DNA from: Candidatus Aminicenantes bacterium
GTDB lineage: Bacteria; Acidobacteriota; Aminicenantia; UBA2199
Length of the DNA stretch: 64,000 bases
Reading direction: 5' to 3'
Assembly (NCBI GenBank): GCA_963759765.1
Contig: CAVXAL010000003.1
Location: 1,011,080 to 1,075,079 of the forward strand
Each line of letters begins with the position of its first letter. Position 1 is the stretch's first letter. Below the pieces are notes generated by a model. It had not been told where the DNA came from, made no database searches, and saw only the letters and a program-made list of their open reading frames with translations. Of the stretch, positions 1 through 9,087 are shown piece after piece. The translations under genes were made by a program, and so were the position numbers.

Positions 1-717
1 AAGCGGCGTAGAGGGTTTCGTTGTCCGCGGGTCCATCACCAGATCAATGGCACCGGTCTCGTCGTTGACGAACAGGACTTTCTGCCAGGTTTTGCCGCCG
101 TCAACGGTCTTGTAGACGCCGCGCTCGGGATTTTTGGTCCATTCGTGGCCTGAAGCCGCCACATAGACCACGTCGGGGTTTTTGGGATGGATGACGATGC
201 GCGGGATGGTGTAGGTGTCGGTCAGCCCCATGTGCTGCCAGGTCTTGCCACCGTCGCTCGATTTATAAACGCCGCAACCGGCCTGGGAACTGCGGAAGAT
301 GTTGGCTTCGCCCGTGCCCATCCAGACGATCTGGGAATTGGATGGGGCGATGGTCACGTCACCGATGGCTGTGGCCGGGCCCTGGTCAAAAGCCGGCTCC
401 CAGGTGGTACCTTCATTCTCGGTTTTCCAGAGTCCGCCCGAAGCAGCAGCCACAAAAATCGTATAGTTCTTCCCTTTGGGCACCACCATCGCAATGTCGG
501 TGCAACGGCCGCTGATGTTGGTCGGGCCCAGATACTGCCATTTCAGATCCTTGAAGGGCGATTTGGCTTTCATATCCAGATGGGTCTGGAATCCCTTCAG
601 CCGCAGTTCAGGATCCGTGGACTGGATGCGCTGCGGCTTTTTGGCCTGCTCGGCGAATGCGGGACCGGCCAGCAGTGCCACAGCGAGAAAGGTGATAAGT
701 ACTTTTGTGAATGTCAT
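1..717 (-). CDS. Secreted BNR/Asp-box (VPS10/sortilin-like) beta-propeller glycosyl hydrolase-like protein, N-terminal part only (runs off the window); apparent -1 indel near 29-31
   Basis: Not in the ORF track. My minus-strand translation from ATG 717 (SD GGAGG upstream) gives MTFTKVLITFLAVALLAGPAFAEQ (signal peptide), LGPTNISGRCTDI, GGLWKTENEGTTW, and Asp boxes KSSDGGKTW and KTVDGGKTW. The expected DPADNETLYAA needs one more C at 29-31. Confidence 0.85.
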   Translation of the reverse strand, partial: MTFTKVLITFLAVALLAGPAFAEQAKKPQRIQSTDPELRLKGFQTHLDMKAKSPFKDLKWQYLGPTNISGRCTDIAMVVPKGKNYTIFVAAASGGLWKTENEGTTWEPAFDQGPATAIGDVTIAPSNSQIVWMGTGEANIFRSSQAGCGVYKSSDGGKTWQHMGLTDTYTIPRIVIHPKNPDVVYVAASGHEWTKNPERGVYKTVDGGKTWQKVLFVNDETGAIDLVMDPRTTKPSTPL

Positions 718-827
718 TCAAGAACCTCCATGAAAATGATATGTGCTTCCGCCTGCAGCGGAATAGAGTCTCCATCCTATACGGAAGGGAAAAATTTAGC
801 AATACTCCGATCCCGATTTGTTTCCGC

Positions 828-856
828 TTGACAAGCTCAAGCCAGCGCCTTATACT
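828..856 (+). promoter_or_regulatory. Sigma70-type promoter for the riboswitch/CDF transcript
   Basis: TTGACA (828-833), 17-nt spacer, TATACT (851-856); predicted TSS about 863. Confidence 0.85.
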
Positions 857-862
857 GGGAAC

Positions 863-923
863 GGAAGAACAGGTTTCACGCCGGGCTCAACTCTTGGGCA
901 GCAGCGTCGGCTGCGGGACTTCC
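863..923 (+). ncRNA. NiCo (czcD-motif) metal-sensing riboswitch aptamer, compact variant
   Basis: P1 GGAAG/CTTCC encloses AACAGG..GCCGGGC..GGCAGCAG..CTGCGGGA, the junction motifs of NiCo riboswitches. P2 is GGT/GCC, P3 is GCTCAA/TTGGGC and P4 is GCAGC/GCTGC. It lies upstream of a CDF transporter, the known gene context. Confidence 0.85.
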
Positions 924-1006
924 CCGATTCAGGCCATGAGGATCGTCACAGTGACCGATTGTTTTATCTGTTTTTCCTGGCCCCACCCCTCCCTTTTCTC
1001 AACTTC

Positions 1007-1906
1007 ATGACACTTAAACCGGAAAGCGAGAAGATACAGGCGGCTTTCACCTCGGTGGTGGCCGCGGTCGCTCTCACACTTTTCAAAGTCATCATTGGCC
1101 TGCTGACCAACAGCCTGGGTATTCTCTCGGAAGCGGCCCATTCCGGTTTTGACCTGGTGGCCGCCATAATCACGCTTTTTGCCGTGCGCCTCTCCGACAA
1201 GCCCGCCGACCCCCAGCACCTCTACGGTCATGGCAAGGTGGAGAACCTTTCCGCCCTGGTCGAGACCCTGCTGCTGCTGGGCACCTGCGTCTGGATCGTC
1301 TCCGAGGCCGTCGACCGGCTCTTTTTCAAAAGCGTCGTGGTGCGGGTCTCTGTCTGGTCTTTTCTGGTCATGTCGGTTTCCATCGTCGTGGATGTCAACC
1401 GGTCGCGGATGCTCTACCGCATCGCACGCAAATACAACAGCCAGGCGCTGGAGGCGGATGCCCTGCACTTTCAGACCGATATCTGGAGCTCGGCGGTGGT
1501 CCTGCTCGGCCTGATCGGCGTCTTTGTCGGCACTCGCTTCAGCGGGCTGAATTTTCTGGAAAAATTGGATTCCGTGGCCGCGTTGGGCGTGGCCCTGATT
1601 GTCATCGTCATCAGCGTGCAACTGGGCAAACGGACGATCCACGGCCTGCTGGATTCGGCACCCAAAGGCTTGAGCCAGAAAATCAAAGCCGAGGTGGAGA
1701 GATTGCCGCAGGTCCGCGACTGCCACAAAATCCGGGTGCGCACCTCCGGCCCCCGGCTCTTTGTCGATGTGCACGTGCTGCTGGACGGCAACCAGTCTCT
1801 GGACGAGGCGCACCAGGTCACTGAACAGATTGAAAACGTCATCCGCAATCTCGCCCCCGGAGCCGACGTGACGGTACACCCGGAACCCGACCCGATCGGC
1901 AGCTGA
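1007..1906 (+). CDS. Cation diffusion facilitator (CDF; CzcD/FieF/MamM-like) divalent metal exporter
   Basis: Six TM-like segments with SEAAHSGFD, HLYGHGKVE and ADALHFQTD, plus a C-terminal dimerisation domain (DVHV...TVHPEP). The start is trimmed from 818 to ATG 1007 because the promoter lies at 828-856. Confidence 0.93.
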   Translation: MTLKPESEKIQAAFTSVVAAVALTLFKVIIGLLTNSLGILSEAAHSGFDLVAAIITLFAVRLSDKPADPQHLYGHGKVENLSALVETLLLLGTCVWIVSEAVDRLFFKSVVVRVSVWSFLVMSVSIVVDVNRSRMLYRIARKYNSQALEADALHFQTDIWSSAVVLLGLIGVFVGTRFSGLNFLEKLDSVAALGVALIVIVISVQLGKRTIHGLLDSAPKGLSQKIKAEVERLPQVRDCHKIRVRTSGPRLFVDVHVLLDGNQSLDEAHQVTEQIENVIRNLAPGADVTVHPEPDPIGS

Positions 1907-1911
1907 GCGGA

Positions 1912-1940
1912 TTGCCATTTTCATCACCTTGCGGTATAAG
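1912..1940 (+). promoter_or_regulatory. Sigma70 promoter giving a probably leaderless M3 peptidase mRNA
   Basis: TTGCCA (1912-1917), 17 nt, TATAAG (1935-1940), 6 nt, ATG 1947. Confidence 0.65.
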
Positions 1941-1946
1941 GTGTTC

Positions 1947-4103
1947 ATGAATAACTCACACAATGCCAATCAAAAGAATACGCATCTGATCTATGGGTTG
2001 CTTCCCCTGTTGCTGGCTTTCGCTTTTCAGGTGCCCGCGGCCGCCAATGAGAAGAGTGCCGCTGCAACGGGCAATCCTTTTTTCAGTGCCTACCAGACCC
2101 CGTACAACGTTCCCCCCTTCGATCGCATCCGGCCGGAGCACTACCTGCCCGCGTTAAAGGAGGGGATGAAACGGCAGCAGCAGGAGATCGCCGCCATCGT
2201 CCACGCAGCGGCTCCCGCCACCTTTGTCAACACCGTGGCGGCATTGGATCGCAGCGGCCAGCTGCTTAACGAAGTCGGCAACGTTTTTTTCAACCTTCTG
2301 GAAGCCAATACTAGCGAGCAGCTGCAGGCCATCGCCAAGGAGGCGGCGCCGCTGCTCTCCAGGCACAACGACGATATCCTGCTCAATGCCGGGCTGTTCC
2401 GGAGCATCCAGGCCGTGTACCAGCAGCGGGAACACCTGAGCCTGAACGCCGAGCAGCGGACCCTGCTGGATAAATACTACCGCGATTTTGTCCGGGGCGG
2501 AGCCAATCTGAATCCGCAGCGGCAGGCGCAGTTGCGCAAGATCAACGCGGAGTTGGCGCTGCTGTCGCTTAAATTCGGCGACAATGTCCTGGCCGAAACC
2601 AATGATTTCAAGCTGGTGATCGAGAGCCAGGAGATGCTGGACGGACTGCCGCCGGATGTGCTTGCGGCTGCAGCCGAGGCCGCCAAGGCGCAGGGGTTGG
2701 CCGGTAAATGGACCTTCACCCTGCACAAGCCGAGCCTGATCCCCTTGCTGAAATACGCGCGGGAACGGGAGTTGCGCGAGAAGATGTTCAAGGCTTACAT
2801 CACTCGCGGCAGCCGGGGCAACGCCCTTGACAACCGGGCGACGCTGGCCCGTATCGCTGCCCTGCGAGTGCAGCGGTCGCAGCTGCTGGGCTACAAAACC
2901 CACGCCGACTTCGTGCTCGAAGAAAACATGGCCAAGAAGCCGGAGAACGTCTACAAATTCCTCAACGAGCTCTGGCAGGCGGTGCTGCCCGTGGCCAAGC
3001 ATGAGGCGCAGGAGCTCCAGAAGCTCATCGACCAGGAGGGCGGTGGTTTCAAACTGGAACCCTGGGACTGGTGGTATTACGCCGAAAAGCTGAAAAAAGT
3101 CAAGTACGACCTGAATGACGAAGCGCTGCGGCCTTACTTCAAGCTGGATAACGTGGTCAACGGCCTTTTCCTGGTCGCCAATAAACTCTACGGTTTACAA
3201 TTCATTGAAAACACGGTGATCCCCAGGCCCCATGCCGACGCCCGCGCCTTTGTGGTCAAGGAAGCCGATGGCCGCCATCTGGGCATCCTCTACATGGACT
3301 TTTTCCCCAGGCCCAGCAAGAGCGCCGGTGCCTGGATGAACAGTTACCGCGACCAGTGCCGCCGCGAGGGTAAAAAGGTGGATCCCGTGATCACCATGGT
3401 GCTGAACTTCTCCCGGCCCACCGCATCCAAACCGGCGCTGTTTAACTTCGAGGAGGTGACCACCCTCTTCCATGAATTCGGGCACGCGCTGCACGGTCTG
3501 TTTTCGGATGTCACCTATCTCAGGACCGCCGGCACCTCGGTGGCTCGGGATTTCGTCGAGTTGCCCTCGCAGATCATGGAAAACTGGGCCAAGGAGCCCG
3601 AGGTCCTGAAAATGTTTGCCCGGAATTATCAGACCGGCGAGCCCATTCCCCAGGACCTGATTGACAAACTGGAGAAGAGCGGACACTTCAATCAGGGTTT
3701 TGAGACTGTGGAATACCTGGCAGCTTCCTTTCTGGACATGGATTGGCACACGTTGACCGAGGCGACAACTCAGGATGCGGATCGCTTTGAAAACGAGTCT
3801 TTGCAGCGGATCGGGCTGATTCCGGAGATCGTGGTCCGCTACCGGAGTCCCTATTTCAGCCACATCTTCAGCGGCGGTTATTCCGCCGGATATTACAGCT
3901 ACATCTGGGCCGAGGTGCTCGATGCCGACGCATTCCAGGCGTTCAAGGAGAAAGGGCTTTTTGATCCGGCAACGGCACTATCCTTCCGCCGGAACATCCT
4001 CTCCCGCGGCGGCAGCGAGGACCCGATGGTTCTCTACAAGCGTTTCCGCGGCGCCGAGCCCAAGATCGACGCCCTGCTGCGCCGCAAGGGCTTGAAGCAG
4101 TAA
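1947..4103 (+). CDS. dcp: M3 family metallopeptidase (peptidyl-dipeptidase Dcp-like), secreted
   Basis: TLFHEFGHALH zinc motif, DFVELPSQIMENW, GYSAGYYSYIWAEVLDAD, NPFF...PPFDRI N-terminus; signal peptide. Confidence 0.92.
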   Translation: MNNSHNANQKNTHLIYGLLPLLLAFAFQVPAAANEKSAAATGNPFFSAYQTPYNVPPFDRIRPEHYLPALKEGMKRQQQEIAAIVHAAAPATFVNTVAALDRSGQLLNEVGNVFFNLLEANTSEQLQAIAKEAAPLLSRHNDDILLNAGLFRSIQAVYQQREHLSLNAEQRTLLDKYYRDFVRGGANLNPQRQAQLRKINAELALLSLKFGDNVLAETNDFKLVIESQEMLDGLPPDVLAAAAEAAKAQGLAGKWTFTLHKPSLIPLLKYARERELREKMFKAYITRGSRGNALDNRATLARIAALRVQRSQLLGYKTHADFVLEENMAKKPENVYKFLNELWQAVLPVAKHEAQELQKLIDQEGGGFKLEPWDWWYYAEKLKKVKYDLNDEALRPYFKLDNVVNGLFLVANKLYGLQFIENTVIPRPHADARAFVVKEADGRHLGILYMDFFPRPSKSAGAWMNSYRDQCRREGKKVDPVITMVLNFSRPTASKPALFNFEEVTTLFHEFGHALHGLFSDVTYLRTAGTSVARDFVELPSQIMENWAKEPEVLKMFARNYQTGEPIPQDLIDKLEKSGHFNQGFETVEYLAASFLDMDWHTLTEATTQDADRFENESLQRIGLIPEIVVRYRSPYFSHIFSGGYSAGYYSYIWAEVLDADAFQAFKEKGLFDPATALSFRRNILSRGGSEDPMVLYKRFRGAEPKIDALLRRKGLKQ

Positions 4104-4166
4104 ACATATTTTTTCCAGAAACTTTAGAAGCTCCGGCATTTCGTTTTTACGGGTTGAGGAGGCTTG

Positions 4167-5024
4167 GTGAGCAAGAAATATAGAGAAGTCTTCAAGGTGT
4201 TAAAGAGCAAGCCCACGCTGGAGGGCGCGGGCGTGCGGCTGCGGCGTGCCTTCGGTTATGCGGAGGTACCGCTGCTCGATCCCTTCCTGCTTTTCGACCA
4301 CTTCGGCTCCGACAATCCGGACGATTATCTGGCCGGATTCCCCTGGCATCCGCACCGGGGCATCGAGACCGTCACCTACATGATCAGCGGCGTGGTTGAG
4401 CACGGCGACAGCCTGGGCAACCGCGGCACGATCCGTTCCGGCGACGTGCAGTGGATGACCGCGGGCAGCGGCATTATCCATCAGGAAATGCCCCAGAGAT
4501 GGGAGGGCCGGATGCAGGGCTTTCAGCTGTGGGTCAACCTGCCGGCGGCAAGCAAGATGATGGCGCCCCGTTACCGCGACGTCACAAAGGAACAGATCCT
4601 CGAGGTTGCTGACGGCCCGGGCACGCGGGTCAAGGTGATTGCCGGCACCGTCGGCAAGACCGCAGGGCCGGTCAGGGATATCGTGGTCCCCATCGAGTAC
4701 ATGGACGTACGCCTGGCTGCAGGTGCAACCTTCAGCCGTTCCCTTCCCCGGAAATGGAAAGCCTTCGCCTATGTCTATTCCGGTGCCGGCCATTTTACTC
4801 CGGATGCCGGGGAGACGATTGGCAGCGGAGAACTGGCCGTATTCGCGGAAGGAGGCGGATTGAAAATCGCTGCCGCGGAACAGGAACTCTGCTTTTTGCT
4901 GGCCTGCGGCCAGCCGCTCAACGAGCCGGTCGCCTGGGGCGGGCCGATCGTGATGAATACACAGGAAGAACTCGAACTGGCCTTTGCCGAGTACCGCAAC
5001 GGCACATTTATAAAGCAACGGTAA
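4167..5024 (+). CDS. Pirin family protein (bicupin)
   Basis: DPFLLFDHF, GFPWHPHRGIETVTY, VQWMTAGSGIIHQE, GPIVMNT; SD GAGGAGG before GTG 4167. Confidence 0.93.
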   Translation: MSKKYREVFKVLKSKPTLEGAGVRLRRAFGYAEVPLLDPFLLFDHFGSDNPDDYLAGFPWHPHRGIETVTYMISGVVEHGDSLGNRGTIRSGDVQWMTAGSGIIHQEMPQRWEGRMQGFQLWVNLPAASKMMAPRYRDVTKEQILEVADGPGTRVKVIAGTVGKTAGPVRDIVVPIEYMDVRLAAGATFSRSLPRKWKAFAYVYSGAGHFTPDAGETIGSGELAVFAEGGGLKIAAAEQELCFLLACGQPLNEPVAWGGPIVMNTQEELELAFAEYRNGTFIKQR

Positions 5025-5055
5025 AATGGTTTCTTGGGATCGTCAGGAGCTGGCC

Positions 5056-6837
5056 ATGAAAAAAGTGAAATTTTTCCTTTCTCTGTTCTCGTTGGTTTTG
5101 CTTGTTGCTGTTCTCAACTTTGGGGCCGAAGCAAAAGCAGACCTGGTCCTGCTCAACGGCAAGATTGCCACCGTGGATAAAAGCGACTTGATCGTCCAGG
5201 CCCTGGCAGTCAGGGGGGATAAAATCCTGGCACTGGGAAAAGATAACCAGATGCGCAGGTATATCGCCTCTTCCACCCGGGTCATTGACCTGCAAGGGAA
5301 ATTGGCTATCCCGGGCTTTATTGATGCGCATGGCCATTTCCCTCTCTCGGGTACGCCAAAATGGAGCTGGACTTGACCAGGGCCCGCAACTGGGACGAGA
5401 TCGTGGCCCTGGTGGCCGCTGCCGTAAGCCAGGCTAAACCGGGGCAGTGGATAATCGGCCGGGGCTGGCACCAGGAAAAATGGGATCACCCGCCGCAACC
5501 CAACCTGGAGGGGCTGCCGCTGCACCAGGCCCTGACAGCGTGTCCCCCCGGACAATCCGGTCCTACCTGACCCACGCCAGCGGCCACTCCTGCCTGGTCA
5601 ATGCCAAGGCCATGGAGCTGGCCGGCATCAATAAAGATTCAGCCAATCCGCCGGGCGGAGAGATCCTCGCGATTCGCAGGGGCAGCCCATCGGCGCTTTC
5701 CGCGAGACGGCCATGGGCCTGGTTTCCCGGGCCATGAGACTGGCAGCGCTCGTTACGGCCGAGCAGGAGCAGAGGGCGGAAACGGAAAAAGCGGCGCTCC
5801 AGGCCCAAGAGGAGTGCCTGACCAAGGGAGTGACCGGTTTCCATGACGCGGGCGTCTCCTTTCGCACCGTGGATTTGTACGGCAGATCGATCGCTGAAGA
5901 CAAATTGCACATCCGTCTTTTCGTCATGCTCAGCGAAGACAACCAAGCCCTGAAAAAAAGGATTGGCCAGTACCGGATCATCGGCCTGGGTGACAACCGC
6001 CTGACCGTGCGCGCCATCAAGCGCTTCATGGACGGCGCGCTGGGCTCCCACGGCGCCTGGCTGCTGGAGCCCTACGCCAGACCTCCCGGGCAGCACCGGC
6101 TTGAACACCGAGTCCTCTGGAGATCATGGCAGAAAGCGCGCCGCATCGCCATGGAAGACGGTTTCCAGCTCTGCACCCACGCCATCGGCGACCGGGGCAA
6201 CCGCGAGACGCTGGACGTCTACGAGGAGGCGTTTCAAGCGCCGCATCCGGACAAAAAGGAGCGGCGCTGGCGCATCGAGCACGCCCAGCACCTGAACCCG
6301 GCCGACATCCCCCGCTTCGGCCAGACTCGGGGTCATCGCCTCCATGCAGGGCATCCACTGCACATCGGACGGGCCGTGGGTGATCAAGCGGCTGGGCGCG
6401 AAGACGGGCCGAGCGAGGGCGCCTATGTCTGGCGGAAGCTGCATGGACACCGGAGCGGTCATCGCAACGGCACCGATGCGCCGGTCGAGGGCGTTGACCC
6501 GCTGCCCAATTTCTACGCCCTGGTCACCCGGCGTTTGCAGGATGGCGCCTATTTCTTCCCCGATCAGCGCATGAGCCGGCTGGAAGCGCTGCGTGCCTAT
6601 ACCTATAACGGAGCTTATGCCGCGTTTGAAGAGGGGATCAAAGGGTCGCTGGAACCCGGCAAGCTGGCCGATATCGTCGTCCTTTCCGGCGACATCCTGA
6701 CAATGCCCGCCGAGGAGATCCTGAAAACCAGGGTGCTGTGCACCATCCTGGGCGGGAAGATCGTTTATCAAAATCCCGAACTCGCCGTCGAAAAGGGGCG
6801 CGTGGCGGGTCAGCAATCGGAGGCCGCATGCCATTGA
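5056..6837 (+). CDS. Amidohydrolase family 3 (YtcJ-like), secreted; reading frame disrupted by many indels between about 5340 and 6470
   Basis: Fragments in alternating frames give PGFIDAHGH, GRGWHQEKW, THASGHS, KRFMDGALGSHGA, THAIGDRGN, RIEHAQH, NGTDAPVE and GSLEPGKLADIVVL. Confidence 0.88.
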
Positions 6838-7235
6838 CCAAAGCTCTACTGCTGTATGTGCTGACGATCCCGGTTTTTTTCCTGGTGGACATGATCTGGC
6901 TGGGACTGGTGGCCAGGAATTTTTACCGTAAATACCTGGGATGTTTCTTAAGCCCCAAGGTGAACTGGCCGGCGGCCATCCTTTTCTACCTGCTGTTCAT
7001 CGTCGGTATCCTGATCTTTGCCGTTCTGCCTTCTTTGGAAAAGCGCTCGCTGTCGCAGGCCATCCTCCTGGGCGCCCTGTTTGGTTTTTTTTGCTATGCC
7101 ACGTACGATCTGACCAATCTGGCCACCATGAAAGAGTGGCCGCTGCGGGTCACCGTGGTGGACCTCATCTGGGGGATCGTGCTCAGCGGCCTGGTGTCCG
7201 CCATCAGCCACCTGATCGGAACGCGGCTTCAGTAA
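6828..7235 (+). CDS. DUF2177 family membrane protein
   Basis: DMIWLG, CYATYDLTNLATMKEWP, VVDLIWG motifs. Confidence 0.85.
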   Translation: MPLTKALLLYVLTIPVFFLVDMIWLGLVARNFYRKYLGCFLSPKVNWPAAILFYLLFIVGILIFAVLPSLEKRSLSQAILLGALFGFFCYATYDLTNLATMKEWPLRVTVVDLIWGIVLSGLVSAISHLIGTRLQ

Positions 7236-7270
7236 ACACCAGCGGCTGGAAAAAGTTTCGTTTTCCCTGG

Positions 7271-8443
7271 TCAGCAGTTATCCCACAAATGGGAGTACTT
7301 ATGGCCGCTGCCCGTATTGAATAGAACGACGCGATCTTCCGCGCGGATCCAGCCCTGGCGCAAAAGTTTTTGAAAAGCCGCCAGGGTGGCGGCCCCTTCC
7401 GGAGCGGCAAAGATGCCCTGGGTGCGGCCGAGCAGCCCCGCCGCTTCCAGCATGTCGTTGTCGGAAACGGCCAGGGCGGTGCCGCCGCTTTGACGCAGAG
7501 CCCGCAGGATCAGGAAATCGCCCACCGCAGCCGGCACCCGCAGTCCGTCCGCCTTGGTGCAGGCATCGGGCCATGGGTCGGCGAACTCTTTCCCTTCCTG
7601 GAAGGCTCTGACCATGGGCGCGCAGCCCTCGGCCTGCACGGTCACCAGCCGCGGCCGTTGCGGTCCGATCCAGCCGAGCTGCTCCATTTCGCCGAACGCT
7701 TTCCACATCCCGACCAGGCCCGTGCCGCCGCCGGTGGGGTAGACGATCACGTCGGGCAACCGCCATTCCAGTTGCTCGGCCAGTTCGTAACCCATGGTTT
7801 TTTTTCCTTCCAGGCGGTAGGGCTCTTTGAGGGTGGACATGTCGAAGCGGTCATATTTTCGCATCTCCTCGGCAGCGGCCTGGGCGCAATCGCTGATCAG
7901 GCCCGGGATGAGGGTGACCCGTGCGCCGAGCACCCGGCATTCATTGACAAAGGGTGGGGGGACATCGGCGGGCATGAACACGTGCGCCTCCATGCCGGCC
8001 AGCGCGGCATAGGCACTCAGGGCGCAGGCGGCATTGCCGGCGGAAGGAATGGACAGAGCGGCGATCCCCAGCTCTCTGGCCCGCGAAACCGCGACCGCCA
8101 GCCCGCGTGCTTTGAAGGAGCCGGTAGGATTCAGCCCCTCATCTTTGATGTACAGGTTGCCGAAACCCAGTTCCTCACCCAGTCGCTGCGCCCGCACCAG
8201 GGGGGTGAACCCTTCGCCGAGGGAAAGGATGTTTTCCTGTTTTCGGACCGGCAGCAGCTCGCGGTAGCGCCAGAGGTTCGCAGCGCGCCGGCTGATGATT
8301 TTCGGATTCAGCGATTTCCGAGCCGCTTCCAGGTCATAACGGGCCAGCAGCGGCTTGCGGCAGCGGGGGCAGAGGTTCCAGACTTTATCCGCATCCAGAA
8401 TCTCGCTGCACCAGCCGCATTCCAGGTGTTGCAAAAAACTCAT
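7271..8443 (-). CDS. thrC: Threonine synthase family PLP enzyme with N-terminal zinc ribbon
   Basis: CGWC...CPRC, NPTGSFKARG (PLP lysine), SAGNAA, YPTGGGTG, PEGAATLAA, VLFNTGSG. ATG 8443 overlaps the upstream stop (TGATG). Confidence 0.85.
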   Translation of the reverse strand: MSFLQHLECGWCSEILDADKVWNLCPRCRKPLLARYDLEAARKSLNPKIISRRAANLWRYRELLPVRKQENILSLGEGFTPLVRAQRLGEELGFGNLYIKDEGLNPTGSFKARGLAVAVSRARELGIAALSIPSAGNAACALSAYAALAGMEAHVFMPADVPPPFVNECRVLGARVTLIPGLISDCAQAAAEEMRKYDRFDMSTLKEPYRLEGKKTMGYELAEQLEWRLPDVIVYPTGGGTGLVGMWKAFGEMEQLGWIGPQRPRLVTVQAEGCAPMVRAFQEGKEFADPWPDACTKADGLRVPAAVGDFLILRALRQSGGTALAVSDNDMLEAAGLLGRTQGIFAAPEGAATLAAFQKLLRQGWIRAEDRVVLFNTGSGHKYSHLWDNC

Positions 8444-9087
8444 CACAGGTTCCAGGCCATGCCCAGAAGAAAGGCCAGAGAGCCCTGGCTCTGATCCAGC
8501 GTGGTGCTGACGTAACGCAGGGCAACGATCCCAGCGACATGGGGCAGCAGCCGCACCTCCCATTTGGGTCCGATGAACCAGGAGAAACCCGTTTTCTTGT
8601 CAACGCTGATGGTCACCTGGTAACCGAGCGCGGAGGTGTAGTCCCGCATGTCGGTCCGGGAAAGGCGAGTCATACCCGCGCCGCCCTGAATGCGCACGGT
8701 GGAAGTCCGTCGGCTATAGACGGCATAGCCCAGGGTCAGGAATCCCTGAACATGGGGATAGGTGTCCACGCGCAGGGTATCGCCGTCGGATGGGTCGCGC
8801 AACGTGGCTTTTCCCGAAAAAACGTAATGGCCTTCCAGGCCGACGGTCAAGCGGTCGCCCAGGGTCAGGCCGAAGGTCGCTCCCTCGGTCAGGTGCGCGG
8901 CAGAAGTCGGGAAATCGTTTGTCCCCTGCTGGTAATCGGCTTGCGAACCGGTGGCGAGTTCCAGGTTGCCGCGCAGGCAGCCGCTCAGACGCAGTTTCAA
9001 TTTGGCATTGAGCGGGGAGGACAGAACGAGCAGAGCGGCAAGACAGAAAACCGCCAGGGTCAGATTTCTCTGCCTGCGGGGGTCCAT
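8443..9087 (-). CDS. Putative outer-membrane beta-barrel protein
   Basis: Signal peptide, amphipathic beta-strand pattern, C-terminal LGMAWNL. Confidence 0.6.
   Translation of the reverse strand: MDPRRQRNLTLAVFCLAALLVLSSPLNAKLKLRLSGCLRGNLELATGSQADYQQGTNDFPTSAAHLTEGATFGLTLGDRLTVGLEGHYVFSGKATLRDPSDGDTLRVDTYPHVQGFLTLGYAVYSRRTSTVRIQGGAGMTRLSRTDMRDYTSALGYQVTISVDKKTGFSWFIGPKWEVRLLPHVAGIVALRYVSTTLDQSQGSLAFLLGMAWNL

Noticed and set aside
818-1006. 63-codon N-terminal extension of the CDF ORF
   Set aside because: It starts upstream of the consensus promoter and covers the riboswitch; no CDF-like sequence.
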